From NCBI GenBank assembly GCA_041601615.1, contig JBFIHX010000003.1, forward strand, positions 1 through 64,000: 64,000 bases of DNA, written 5' to 3'. Each line of letters starts with the position of its first letter. Position 1 is the first letter of the stretch. Below, one piece after another: positions 28,665 to 37,969 of this stretch. The notes below the pieces were generated by a model. That model saw only the letters and a program-made list of their open reading frames with translations, searched no databases and had not been told where the DNA came from. The position numbers and the translations under genes are program-made. Source of the stretch: Thermoplasmatota archaeon (GTDB taxonomy: Archaea; Thermoplasmatota; E2; JACPAO01; JAHFTW01).

Positions 28665-30012
28665 TACGATGGATTTGCTGCGCAGGCTTGCCCGAGATCG
28701 GCCCGCAGACTCGGAGACGCGGGTGCACTTGGCGCGCATGTTGCACTTGGACGGCGAAGCGGCGGAGGCCCTGGTCTGGCTGGAAGAGGTGCTCGCTTTG
28801 GATGCGGATCACTTGGAGGCGCTGCGGGCATCGGCCAACCTCCTGGCCGGTGCCGGTCGGCGCCGGGAAGCCCTGACGCGGCTCAATCGAGCGCAAGCGC
28901 TTGGTGGACCGGAGGCTCAATCGTCGCTTTTGATGGCCAAGCTGCTGTTGGACGAGGGAGACCGGGCGGCAGCAGAGAACGCATACCATCAGGCAGTGGG
29001 GCTCCAGCCCAATCTTGAGGACGCACATTTTCTTGCAGAAATTCTTGGACCTTCCTTGGATGCAGGCGCAGACGCCAAGCCGACGCCGGCCGGTGCTGAG
29101 CAACGTCTCCGAGTGGCCACCACGGACCCAAGGGGAGCCTTGACGTTTGAACCCGAACGCGCATCCATTGACTTTGGCGACGTGGGCGGCATGGAGGAAG
29201 TCAAGGAAGCGCTGCGAATGAACATCATCCTGCCCATCGAGAAACCGGACCTGTTTCGCAGCTACGGAAAAAAACTCGGAGGTGGGCTGTTGATGTACGG
29301 CCCGCCCGGCGTCGGGAAGTCCTACCTAGCGAAGGCGACGGCCGGAGAATGCGGCGCCAGTTTCTTCATGGTGGGCTTGCACGAAATTCTCGACATGTAC
29401 GTGGGCCAGAGCGAGAAAAATCTGAACGCCTTGTTCGCAGAAGTGCGCCGCCAGGCGCCCTCGGTGCTGTTTTTGGACGAAATCGATGCCTTGGGCTCCA
29501 AGCGCGGCGGGCACCAGTCGTCGGCGCTGCGTGGCACGGTCAACCAGTTGTTGGTGGAATTGGATCGAATCAGTCAAAACGATGAGCCCGTGCTGGTTGT
29601 GGGAGCCACGAATACGCCTTGGAGCCTGGATACGGCCCTCAAGCGGCCGGGCCGGTTTGATCGCATTTTGTTCGTCCCGCCACCGGATCTGAAGGCTAGA
29701 GAGGAGATCCTGCGGCTCCATTTGCGCAAGCGACCCACCGAAGGCACGGACCTTGCCAAAGTGGCGCGCAAAACGCCTCGGTTTTCCGGCGCGGACCTGA
29801 AGGCGGTCGTGGAGCGAGCTACGGAAGCGGCCCTGCACCAGGCGATGAAAACGGGGCGCACCCAACCGATCACCACCAAGATGCTCCTGGAGGCGGCCAG
29901 CATGGTACCCAGCACAGGAGAATGGCTCTCGACGGCCCGGGACTACGCTCGATACAGCGACGAATCGGGCATGTATGCGCCCGTGACGGAATACCTAGCC
30001 AAGAAGGAGTAA
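28654..30012 (+). CDS. TPR-domain AAA+ ATPase (single AAA module, Cdc48/Vps4-like clade)
   Basis: Walker A GPPGVGKS, Walker B FLDEID, SRH ATNTPWSLDTALKRPGRFD. Confidence 0.9.
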   Translation: MSADTMDLLRRLARDRPADSETRVHLARMLHLDGEAAEALVWLEEVLALDADHLEALRASANLLAGAGRRREALTRLNRAQALGGPEAQSSLLMAKLLLDEGDRAAAENAYHQAVGLQPNLEDAHFLAEILGPSLDAGADAKPTPAGAEQRLRVATTDPRGALTFEPERASIDFGDVGGMEEVKEALRMNIILPIEKPDLFRSYGKKLGGGLLMYGPPGVGKSYLAKATAGECGASFFMVGLHEILDMYVGQSEKNLNALFAEVRRQAPSVLFLDEIDALGSKRGGHQSSALRGTVNQLLVELDRISQNDEPVLVVGATNTPWSLDTALKRPGRFDRILFVPPPDLKAREEILRLHLRKRPTEGTDLAKVARKTPRFSGADLKAVVERATEAALHQAMKTGRTQPITTKMLLEAASMVPSTGEWLSTARDYARYSDESGMYAPVTEYLAKKE

Positions 30013-30053
30013 GTCCTCCGGGCAAGTTTGGGGTGGAGCGAGCGGAGAACGGG

Positions 30054-30791
30054 TTAGACGCCAAGCCCGGCCAGCGTGTACTCCAACCGCTGCGTCCCCT
30101 TGCCCTTCGACTTCGTGCGAAGAATTTCCACTTCGCCAATTTCTCCTGTGTTGCGAACGTGGGTGCCGGCGCAGGGGCAAAGATCGATGTCGTCGCCGAT
30201 GCGGACGACGCGGAGCTCTTGCACGGAGCGCGGCAAGAGGTCCATGTTGGTGCGCGCTTCGGGCATGAGCGCGTTGATTTCGTCGCGGGTCATGGTGACC
30301 GCTTCAATGGGGCGCTTGGCTTGGATGATGTCGTTGGTGGCCGAAGCCAGGTCCGACAGCATTTCGGGCGTGAAGTTGACGGGATTGAAGTCGATGCGGC
30401 TGCGCTCGGCGTGGATTTGATTGCCGACGGTGCGAGCGCCGTCAAACAACTCGTAGGCGATGCCGCTGACAAGGTGCTGGGCCGTGTGCATGCGCATGTG
30501 GGCAAAGCGCCGCTCCCAGTCGATGGTGCCCGTGAGTTTGCTGCCCGCTTCGATGCCGTGCCCTTCGCCCACGACGTGCTTGATGGGTCCGCGCTTGGTA
30601 ACTTCGGTCACGGCCACTTGGGCGCCGTCTTCCGTTTCCAGGATTCCCGTGTCCCAATTCTGGCCGCCGCCTAGAGGATAGAACAGCGTCCGGTCCAAGA
30701 GGAGCCAGTCGGAGCGCGTTTCTTGGACCGTCGCCTCAAAGCGTTGCTCGTAGCACGCCTCGATGCTGTCCATGTAGAGCAGTTTGGTCAT
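30054..30791 (-). CDS. alaX: AlaX trans-editing protein (AlaX-M type)
   Basis: FYPLGGGQNWDTG, RMHTAQHL, CAGTH zinc ligands. Confidence 0.9.
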   Translation of the reverse strand: MTKLLYMDSIEACYEQRFEATVQETRSDWLLLDRTLFYPLGGGQNWDTGILETEDGAQVAVTEVTKRGPIKHVVGEGHGIEAGSKLTGTIDWERRFAHMRMHTAQHLVSGIAYELFDGARTVGNQIHAERSRIDFNPVNFTPEMLSDLASATNDIIQAKRPIEAVTMTRDEINALMPEARTNMDLLPRSVQELRVVRIGDDIDLCPCAGTHVRNTGEIGEVEILRTKSKGKGTQRLEYTLAGLGV

Positions 30792-30867
30792 GCACGACGA
30801 TGGCAAGGGGCCAATGATGAGATTTTGCCCCGTCACGGCTTTCAATCTTGCCAACCCATGCAAGTGC

Positions 30868-31785
30868 GTGCGCGGCCACCTGCTGCTCGTATTGCTTCTC
30901 GCATCGACATTCGCCTCACCCATGGTGCTTGGCCAAAGTGCAGATGATTTGGTGCAGATCTCGGTGGAACCAAACGCCACGAGCGTCGCAGTCGGCGTCG
31001 ACAGCCCCGGCTCCTTCACGGCAGACATCACGTATGATAGCTCGAACCCCCTGGACGACGTGCAGGATCGGACGATTCTCGTTGACCTTGAGGGCGTTCC
31101 CGACGGCTGGACCGCCAACGTCGAACCGGCCCACTTTTCCTTGGCAAACCACGCCACCATGTCGGTCACGGTTACCGTCGCCGTAACACCTGGCGCCGCC
31201 GCCGACGACATGCAAGTTGTGATCAACGCCCGGCTCATGCCTCGGGGGGTTGCGGATGTTCCAAGTGTGGGGGGCCAGATAGAGCCGGAAGAAACCGCCA
31301 GCGCCTCCGTGGATGTCCTGCGCGAGGACCCGTTGACTCGTGAGGCCTTGGAGGCCGTCGGCCCGTGGCTCTGGCTCGTACTTGCAGCCGCCTTGGTGCT
31401 CGCCATCATCGCCGCGAAGCTCGTCTACGACACCCGTCGCACCGCCGTCAAATTGCACTGCAAAGTCACAGAGGCTGCCGTACTCCCCGGCGGCCGCGTG
31501 GCCGTGCCGATGCGCGTCGAAAACGTCACTCGCGTGGAAGACACGATTGTGTTCCACGTTGCTCCCATGCCCGACGGCTGGTCCGCGCACTTGCCTGTGC
31601 CGGAACTGGACCTGGACGGACACCAATCGGAGGAACTGCACTTGATCATCCAGGCGCCCGCCAATGCTCGCGCCGGGGACCGCCACAACGTCGGTGTGAG
31701 CGCCCACAGCGCCCAGGCTCCCAAGCGCGCCGCCGAATTGGTGCTCGCAGCCGTAGTGGACTCCGACGAACCAGCCAAATCATAG
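30868..31785 (+). CDS. membrane protein with two Ig-like (COG1470/NEW3-like) domains flanking a TM helix
   Basis: Signal peptide, VPDGWTA, TM WLWLVLAAALVLAII, MPDGWSA; start uncertain. Confidence 0.65.
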   Translation: MRGHLLLVLLLASTFASPMVLGQSADDLVQISVEPNATSVAVGVDSPGSFTADITYDSSNPLDDVQDRTILVDLEGVPDGWTANVEPAHFSLANHATMSVTVTVAVTPGAAADDMQVVINARLMPRGVADVPSVGGQIEPEETASASVDVLREDPLTREALEAVGPWLWLVLAAALVLAIIAAKLVYDTRRTAVKLHCKVTEAAVLPGGRVAVPMRVENVTRVEDTIVFHVAPMPDGWSAHLPVPELDLDGHQSEELHLIIQAPANARAGDRHNVGVSAHSAQAPKRAAELVLAAVVDSDEPAKS

Positions 31786-31926
31786 ACGCGCCAAAGCGAA
31801 CGCCAACGGCAGCGCCACCAATGCCATGGGGCCTCCTTTGAGGGATGGATGAACGGCCCAGACGAGATTGGCCGAATCCGAACCTTTGCCTAGAAAATAA
31901 AAATAGCAAAAGCGGAATCGAAACGC

Positions 31927-32490
31927 ATGATTCGTGCCACGCACCTATTCCAAGTCCTCGTTCTTACCCTCGCTTTGACGCTCTCTGGCTGCACGGGGGA
32001 CACAGGGGACGATTCCTCCGAACTCACAACCTCCACGGACAACGCAAAGGGCTCGGCGCCCAACTCTGGGTCAGCAGGAACCACCAACGTGACCCCCACC
32101 GAGCAGTCCTTCGAGTGGGAAGGCACTCTCAGCAATTTGGCCGCTGCCTGCGTTGTCATCACCTGCGTCGCTCAGGGATCAGGAAATTGGGATGGCGCTA
32201 CCAAGCTCACCGACCTCACCGCAGCCAAATTCACGCTCTCTTGGGACGACACCACGGCCCCGGAATTGGGCTTTGGCCTCGCCTCCGCTTGCGATGGCTC
32301 GTGCGAGTTCGTCCAATACGCCCAATCGAGTTCTCCGGTGACCTTGGACTTGGGAAACCTTGACCCTGTGATGACGTACACCCTCGTTGCTTGGCACCCG
32401 TACCATTGCATTCCCGTGGTCTGTCTGATCGGCACCCAAATCGGCGCCCAGACGGACTTTCAGGTTGCAGGCACCCTCATGGTCGTCTGA
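31927..32490 (+). CDS. hypothetical lipoprotein
   Basis: Lipobox LSGC; Ser/Thr linker. Confidence 0.7.
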   Translation: MIRATHLFQVLVLTLALTLSGCTGDTGDDSSELTTSTDNAKGSAPNSGSAGTTNVTPTEQSFEWEGTLSNLAAACVVITCVAQGSGNWDGATKLTDLTAAKFTLSWDDTTAPELGFGLASACDGSCEFVQYAQSSSPVTLDLGNLDPVMTYTLVAWHPYHCIPVVCLIGTQIGAQTDFQVAGTLMVV

Positions 32491-33091
32491 AAACACCACG
32501 AACACTGGACCGCGTCACGAGTTCGCCTCGAAGCCTAGGCGTGCGGCGTGACACTTCCAGAGCTTCGGCGACGAACCCCGCCACCTCTCGCTCCATTCGC
32601 AGGTCCGTTTCGTCGCTGCAATGCGTCGTGCGTCCATCCTCCAAGCGCCACGTTCCCGCCTCCACTGGCTCGCCCTTGCCGGCCCGCAGGTCATCCGGTG
32701 CAAGCCGCTCCACGACGCACACGCCCCCCGGCCGCAGGACCCGGAACGCCTCCTTGGCTGCCTGCGCCCGCCCCGCTGCCAGAAGGTGCCCTGTGCAATG
32801 AATGTCCAGCACCGCCGAAAACGACCCATCGGCAAACGGCAGAACGGCCGCGTCCGCCAACACCCGTGCCGGTGCATCCAGCCGCTCCAGGACATTGAAC
32901 GAAACATCCAGACCCACCACATCCACGCCCGCCTTCACGAGCGGACCCAGGAGCTTGCCGTTGCCCACACCCAACTCCAAGACCGGGCCCGAACCAAGCA
33001 AAGGCATCAAGTCCAGCACCGGCCGCTCGCCGCGCCACGGCGCCTGCTGGAACCGATAGAACCGATCCCATGCATTCGGCGCACGCTGCAC
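32477..33091 (-). CDS. class I SAM-dependent methyltransferase
   Basis: VLELGVGNGK motif I, LPFADGSF, RVLRPGG. Confidence 0.85.
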   Translation of the reverse strand: MQRAPNAWDRFYRFQQAPWRGERPVLDLMPLLGSGPVLELGVGNGKLLGPLVKAGVDVVGLDVSFNVLERLDAPARVLADAAVLPFADGSFSAVLDIHCTGHLLAAGRAQAAKEAFRVLRPGGVCVVERLAPDDLRAGKGEPVEAGTWRLEDGRTTHCSDETDLRMEREVAGFVAEALEVSRRTPRLRGELVTRSSVRGVFRRP

Positions 33092-33141
33092 GCGCTGCCG
33101 ACCCCCGGCACCCTGATAAGCGGCATCCGCGTCGAAAAATC

Positions 33142-33573
33142 GTGGCCAAACGGCGCAACAAGGGCGAGGAGAAGCAGACCGCCCGCAAGCGCATTGCCAT
33201 CCTGTTGCGGACTGCCCGAGCCGAAGCGCTCGGACCCGACAAGGACCTTGCCCACGCCCACGGAGGGCTCGCCCTGCGCGTTGCCCGCCGCTACCAAGTT
33301 CCCCTCCACGCCGACCAGAAGGCGCAGGTGTGTCGAAAATGCGGCGCCTACCGCACCCACGACGCCTGCCGCGTTCGTTTGCGTGCCGGCCGCATCACCA
33401 CCACGTGCTTGGCTTGCGGACACGTCCACCGACGCCCCTTGCACCATGCCCGTGCAACAGGCTCGGCCCCGGCCCCGGCCCTGGCTTCTGCACCGGCTTC
33501 TGTTGGTTCGAACAAGCCACAGTCAGCTTCCAACCCATCCATTCCTGCCCCCACGCCCGAGGCATCCTCATGA
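33142..33573 (+). CDS. rnp4: ribonuclease P protein component 4 (Rpp21)
   Basis: ARKRIAILL, CRKC...CLACG zinc ribbon; directly upstream of yhbY. Confidence 0.85.
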   Translation: MAKRRNKGEEKQTARKRIAILLRTARAEALGPDKDLAHAHGGLALRVARRYQVPLHADQKAQVCRKCGAYRTHDACRVRLRAGRITTTCLACGHVHRRPLHHARATGSAPAPALASAPASVGSNKPQSASNPSIPAPTPEASS

Positions 33574-33851
33574 AACCGCTCACCACCAAGCAGATCTACG
33601 AAAAACGCGCCGAGGCCCAGAAACTCGCCGTGGCCGTCACCGTCGGCAAGAACGGCATCACCGACGCCACCCTCACGGAGTTGGAGCGGCACCTCAAGAA
33701 GGATAAGATGGTGAAAGTCCGCCTCTTGCGCAGCGCGACCGAAGGCGGCGAAAACACATTGGAAGCAGAGCAGGCCGCGAAGCTTGCCGAGGCCACTAAT
33801 TCGGTGATCGTGGACCGACGCGGCCACACGGCCGTCTTTTGGCGACGCTAG
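33570..33851 (+). CDS. YhbY/CRM-domain RNA-binding protein
   Basis: VGKNGIT, MVKVRLL, RRGHTAVF. Confidence 0.85.
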   Translation: MKPLTTKQIYEKRAEAQKLAVAVTVGKNGITDATLTELERHLKKDKMVKVRLLRSATEGGENTLEAEQAAKLAEATNSVIVDRRGHTAVFWRR

Positions 33852-33986
33852 AAAGCGGCGCGCCCGGCAAGATTGCTTCCTGAACTCAGGGTGTCACGGG
33901 CGCCGTCACATGCGAGAGGGCGTCGCCTGCCAGCGCGATGAAGCTGGTGCGGACCCGTGAAACGTGGGGCCGCACCGCGCTGTTGC

Positions 33987-34475
33987 TTACCGGGTGTGGC
34001 ATAACGCATTCCACGGTTGGGCTGCCAAGGCATCCTCGATGTGGATCACACAGCTGAAATCATACGATATGCCGTCGAGCGGAACGAGATTGGCATTGCC
34101 ACCAGGGGTGGTGAATCCGATGTCGATCGAACTGGTGCCGCAAATTCCGGTGACTTCCATGATGGTCGAGGCGGTGGTAGTGCCGGGTCCTGCTTGGCCA
34201 CTGATGATGGCGCCCCAGCAATAGCCAGCGCCATTGGGCCGGACGACTCCATGGCAATCAACGGTGATGTTCACGGCGGGTGCAACGGCGTTGTCGGAAT
34301 CGGTGCAGATTCAGTATGGAGACGCGGGTGTCAGGATGGTGGGACTCGGATCGCCCACGTTTTGGAAGGCGAAAATGGTACCGGGAAATTGCGTGGAGGC
34401 TGCTTCGACCACGGGGGCCGATGGAATAGCGACAACAATCAGGAGGCTGGCGACGGCGACGGCTGCGAGGCGCAT
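33987..34475 (-). pseudogene. secreted-protein paralog 1 with internal in-frame TGA (34311-34313)
   Basis: Colinear with 34641..35195; PY-TGA-ICT aligns to PYWSCT. Confidence 0.7.
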
Positions 34476-34510
34476 CGACAAGTAACAACCACAAGAGTAC
34501 TTGACTTGCA

Positions 34511-34522
34511 ACGGGGAACAAA
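34511..34522 (-). promoter_or_regulatory. conserved motif TTTGTTCCCCGT, copy 1
   Basis: Identical 12-mer 35-36 nt upstream of each paralog ATG. Confidence 0.7.
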
Positions 34523-34640
34523 ACAACGAAAAATCATCAGATTAAGCATCTTTAGTGCTGATAAAAGAAAAACAATGGGCAAAAGAGGGGGAGGTAGAAC
34601 GCTAGGTGCCTAGTGCTGCACGATTTGCATCAACGGAAGC

Positions 34641-35195
34641 CTACTCGTTGCCGTAACAGAATGCGTTCCACGGCTGGGCGCCAACGGCCATGTCGATGTG
34701 GATGACGCAGGTGAACTCGTCGGACCAGTTGGCGGGGCCGGTGTCGGCGCGGGAGCCGGGCGTGATGTAGGAGACGCTGGACCAGCCGGTGCCGCAAAAG
34801 CCGCTCACTTGCATGAGCGTGGACGTGCCGACGGGGTTGATGCCCTCGGGGGGCGCAATGATGGGGCTGATCAGGTCAGAAACCGTCGGGTCCATGGGGA
34901 ATCCCGCACCGCTTTGGGCTCCGACGCGAACACCGGTGCAGGCGCCGGCTCCCGCAGGCAGAACGGTTCCTACGCAGTCCACGGTGATGTCCACGGCGGG
35001 AGCGACCGATGTGTCGGTGGTGGTGCAGCTCCAGTACGGGGCTGCAAAGGCCATGACGGTCACGGAAACATCCCCGACGTTCTGGTACGCGACGATGACT
35101 GGATGGACGGCTGTGGATGCCGCTTCGACCACGGGGGCCGTGGGAATGGCGACGACGGTCAGAAGTGTGGCGACGGCGAAAGCTGCGAGACGCAT
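34641..35195 (-). CDS. secreted Cys-containing protein, paralog 2
   Basis: Signal peptide ending VVEAA; shared GAQSG, TPG, PWNAFC. Confidence 0.75.
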   Translation of the reverse strand: MRLAAFAVATLLTVVAIPTAPVVEAASTAVHPVIVAYQNVGDVSVTVMAFAAPYWSCTTTDTSVAPAVDITVDCVGTVLPAGAGACTGVRVGAQSGAGFPMDPTVSDLISPIIAPPEGINPVGTSTLMQVSGFCGTGWSSVSYITPGSRADTGPANWSDEFTCVIHIDMAVGAQPWNAFCYGNE

Positions 35196-35230
35196 CGGCC
35201 TGAAACCGCTAGAGGGGTACTTGACCGGCG

Positions 35231-35242
35231 ACGGGGAACAAA
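35231..35242 (-). promoter_or_regulatory. conserved motif TTTGTTCCCCGT, copy 2
   Basis: Same 12-mer, same spacing to ATG 35195. Confidence 0.7.
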
Positions 35243-35393
35243 GCGACTCCCAAGGGACTGAGAAAGGAGCTGGGTCTGGACATGCAGGGGCTGAGTGCAA
35301 TCGTACAATCCAGAAGCTCAGAAGGGAAGAGGGGAGAGAAGATCGGGCCCATCAAGGCCTGGCAGGGTTGAAACCAAGCAAGCGCCGCGAAAC

Positions 35394-35969
35394 CTAGGCG
35401 GCGCCGAGGCAGAAGGCGTTCCAGGGGTATGCCTTGGCTCCATCATCGATGTGCAGCGTGCACTGGAATGTCGTGCCGGTGCCCACATCGCTGGCGGCGT
35501 TGGCGCCGGGCGTGTAGAATCCGGCGTTGGCGTGCGCCGTGGGTCCGCAGGTGCCATCGATTTCCATCCAGGTCTCGCCTGCCAGTGCGTTCACGACGGG
35601 GGCCGGCGGCGCCATGACGGGCGCGATCAAATCAAGCACGAGTGCGGAAGCCTGGGGGTCGGAGCCGCTCTGGGCGCCGACGCGAATGCCGCGGCAGCGG
35701 CCCTCGAAGTTCGACAGAGTTTGGCTGGTGCAGCTTACGGTCACGTCGACAACGACACCTGGGGGCGAAGTGGCGATGTTGCAGTTCCAAGCCTCGCCAT
35801 CCGGAGTAGCCGATGAAATGAGGATGCCGGGCGGCGTCACGGTCCCGGTGCTGTAAATGTACACAAAGGAAGGCACGGGGTGGCGGGCCGCTGCCTCCGC
35901 ACTTGGCGCCTCCAGGGGTAGGACGACGACGGTCAGTAACAAGGCGACAGCGACAGCAAATGCACGCAT
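35394..35969 (-). CDS. secreted Cys-containing protein, paralog 3
   Basis: Signal peptide; GIRVGAQSG, YTPG, YPWNAFC. Confidence 0.75.
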   Translation of the reverse strand: MRAFAVAVALLLTVVVLPLEAPSAEAAARHPVPSFVYIYSTGTVTPPGILISSATPDGEAWNCNIATSPPGVVVDVTVSCTSQTLSNFEGRCRGIRVGAQSGSDPQASALVLDLIAPVMAPPAPVVNALAGETWMEIDGTCGPTAHANAGFYTPGANAASDVGTGTTFQCTLHIDDGAKAYPWNAFCLGAA

Positions 35970-36003
35970 GATGCCGGAATTGGGCCGATGCTCTTAACGA
36001 GCG

Positions 36004-36015
36004 ACGGGGAACAAA
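36004..36015 (-). promoter_or_regulatory. conserved motif TTTGTTCCCCGT, copy 3
   Basis: Same 12-mer, followed by TATA-like GTTAAGA. Confidence 0.7.
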
Positions 36016-36355
36016 CCGAAGCCTACTGCACAAGTCACCTCCGCTTCCCTCCGCGTCTATCCGTTTCTCCCCGCTTCCCTCGCCTCCTCTCTGTCTCCCC
36101 GTGTCGCTCCTCCATGCCTGCTTCTGCGCGCCTCGCATCCCCTCCGCTCCCCGCCTAGCCCCTCCGTACGCCTCCCAAACTCCCCCAAACCACCGAAGAC
36201 ACCATATGCCCCGCCAGCTCAGACCGACCACCGGGCGCCATCGGGGGCGCCCCCCGCCCTGTACTCGTACAACAGGGCCAAGAAGCCAACAGCCGCCGCA
36301 ACTGGTATATACCGTACCCTTGTCGCCGACTTTTGCTTCCCCGGGAGAGAGGCTA

Positions 36356-36808
36356 ATGACCACAGTCTATGATGTCCCCGCAAACCAGCTCATCACCGAG
36401 GTCGCTTCGGAGCTCCGTAAGAACAAGAGCATCGAAGCCCCCGAGTGGGCGTCCTTCGTAAAGACGGGCATCCACAAGGAAAAACCCCCGGTCGATGACA
36501 ACTGGTGGCACACGCGCGTCGCCGCCGTGCTGCGCAAGGTATACGTCGAAGGTCCCATCGGGACCGAGCGCCTACGCCAGCACTTCGGTGGCACCCGCGA
36601 CCGTGGCGCCAAGCCAAACAAGGCCGCAAGTGGCTCCGGTAGCATCGCCCGCAAGGCGCTGCAACAACTGGAAGCCGCAGGACTTGTTCAGAACGTACAG
36701 AGCCAAGGACGCGTCGTCTCGCCGCAGGGACGCAGCCTCCTGGACAACACCGCACACTCCGTGCGGCAAGTGCTCCAGAAGGAAATCCCCACGCTCAAGA
36801 ACTACTAA
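36356..36808 (+). CDS. rps19e: 30S ribosomal protein S19e
   Basis: [32 protein letters not shown]. Confidence 0.97.
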   Translation: MTTVYDVPANQLITEVASELRKNKSIEAPEWASFVKTGIHKEKPPVDDNWWHTRVAAVLRKVYVEGPIGTERLRQHFGGTRDRGAKPNKAASGSGSIARKALQQLEAAGLVQNVQSQGRVVSPQGRSLLDNTAHSVRQVLQKEIPTLKNY

Positions 36809-36816
36809 GGAGAAAC

Positions 36817-37161
36817 ATGGACGACTTGGAGGCAGCCCGACAACGGCGACTCCAGGAACTCCAACGGCGGCAAGCCGAACTCGCCGGCACTCCTGACGCC
36901 AAGGCGCAAGCCGAGGCCGCCAGAGCCGAGCAAGAGGCTGCCGTCGAACGGGTCCTCCAGCAAATCCTGGAACCCGAGGCGCGCGAGCGTCTCACTCGCA
37001 TCCGCATGAGCCGACCCGATTTTGCCGAGTCCGTCACGAGACAACTCGTGTCCCTCGCGCAATCGGGACGGGTCGCTCGTCGCATCAATGACGAGGACCT
37101 GCGCCAGATTCTGGCACAGCTCACCCCCAAGCAACGAGACATCAACATCACCCGCAAATGA
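36817..37161 (+). CDS. DNA-binding protein, PDCD5/TFAR19 family
   Basis: [19 protein letters not shown]; conserved position after rps19e. Confidence 0.92.
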   Translation: MDDLEAARQRRLQELQRRQAELAGTPDAKAQAEAARAEQEAAVERVLQQILEPEARERLTRIRMSRPDFAESVTRQLVSLAQSGRVARRINDEDLRQILAQLTPKQRDINITRK

Positions 37162-37185
37162 CGCCCCGAGAGGGGAGGAAGAGAC

Positions 37186-37341
37186 ATGGCTAGCAAGAAA
37201 CCGATCGCGAAGAAACTCCGCCTTATGCGCGCGGAGAAGAGCAACCGCCGAGTGCCGGCGTGGATTATGATCCGCACCAGCCGACGGTTCGTCGCGCACC
37301 CGAAGCGCCGCAACTGGCGCCGGAACCGCCTGAAGCAATGA
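37186..37341 (+). CDS. rpl39e: 50S ribosomal protein L39e (not in the ORF track)
   Basis: [31 protein letters not shown]...[14 protein letters not shown]. Confidence 0.95.
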   Translation: MASKKPIAKKLRLMRAEKSNRRVPAWIMIRTSRRFVAHPKRRNWRRNRLKQ

Positions 37342-37350
37342 GGTATTCCC

Positions 37351-37953
37351 ATGGCTGACAATGTCTCTGAACTCGAACGCGTTTACACCATCCCCCTGCG
37401 CGACGCCCACCACGGCAAACGCAGCAAGCGCGCGGACCGTGCCGTCCGCAACGTCCGCACTTTCCTGACGCGCCACATGAAATCCAGCAACATCTGGATC
37501 TCTGGCGATGTCAACGAGACCCTCTGGGCTCGTGGCAAGTACACCATCCCGTCCAAGATTCGCGTCCGTGCGACGCGCTTTGCCGACGGTGTCGTGGAAG
37601 TCACGCTGCCCGAGATGGAATCCGTTGGATCCGTGCGCGAACAAATCGCCGAACGCCAGGAGAAGAAGGCCGAGTCCCCGGTCCTTGCCCCCATGGGTAT
37701 GGAAGACGAGGGCGAGGAAGTCTCCGAGGCCGCCCGCCAGCCCGTCACCACTGTGACTGGCATTGGTCCCGCTACTGCCGAGAAGCTCGAAAAGATCGAG
37801 ATCGAGACGGTGGGCGACCTGGCAGCGGCCAGTCCTGCGGCGGTCGCCGAGGCGCTGGGCAAGGATGTCGACGCAGTGATGCCCTGGATCACGGCAGCTC
37901 AAGAGCTGGCCGCGGTCGAGGCTGCCCCTGCCGACGACTCCGAAGAGGAGTAA
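37351..37953 (+). CDS. rpl31e: 50S ribosomal protein L31e with acidic linker and C-terminal HhH domain
   Basis: ERVYTIPLR, KRADRAV, VNETLWARG; C-terminal TGIGPATAEKL. Confidence 0.92.
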   Translation: MADNVSELERVYTIPLRDAHHGKRSKRADRAVRNVRTFLTRHMKSSNIWISGDVNETLWARGKYTIPSKIRVRATRFADGVVEVTLPEMESVGSVREQIAERQEKKAESPVLAPMGMEDEGEEVSEAARQPVTTVTGIGPATAEKLEKIEIETVGDLAAASPAAVAEALGKDVDAVMPWITAAQELAAVEAAPADDSEEE

Positions 37954-37969
37954 ATCGGAGCCCGGTCCC

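Noticed and set aside
28654-30012. CdvC/Vps4 cell-division ATPase
   Set aside because: N-terminus is TPR-like rather than MIT, and there are no ESCRT-III/cdvAB neighbours
34311-34313. TGA recoding (Trp or selenocysteine) suggested by in-frame TGAs here and at 86-88
   Set aside because: TGA is the normal stop of many conserved genes here (sdhC, sdhD, rpl39e, rpl18a), and this codon aligns to Trp rather than Cys
34511-36015. Three GTTCCCCG-containing repeats reminiscent of a type I-E CRISPR repeat
   Set aside because: Only 12 bp, spaced about 720-770 bp apart by whole genes, with no cas genes; better explained as promoter motifs
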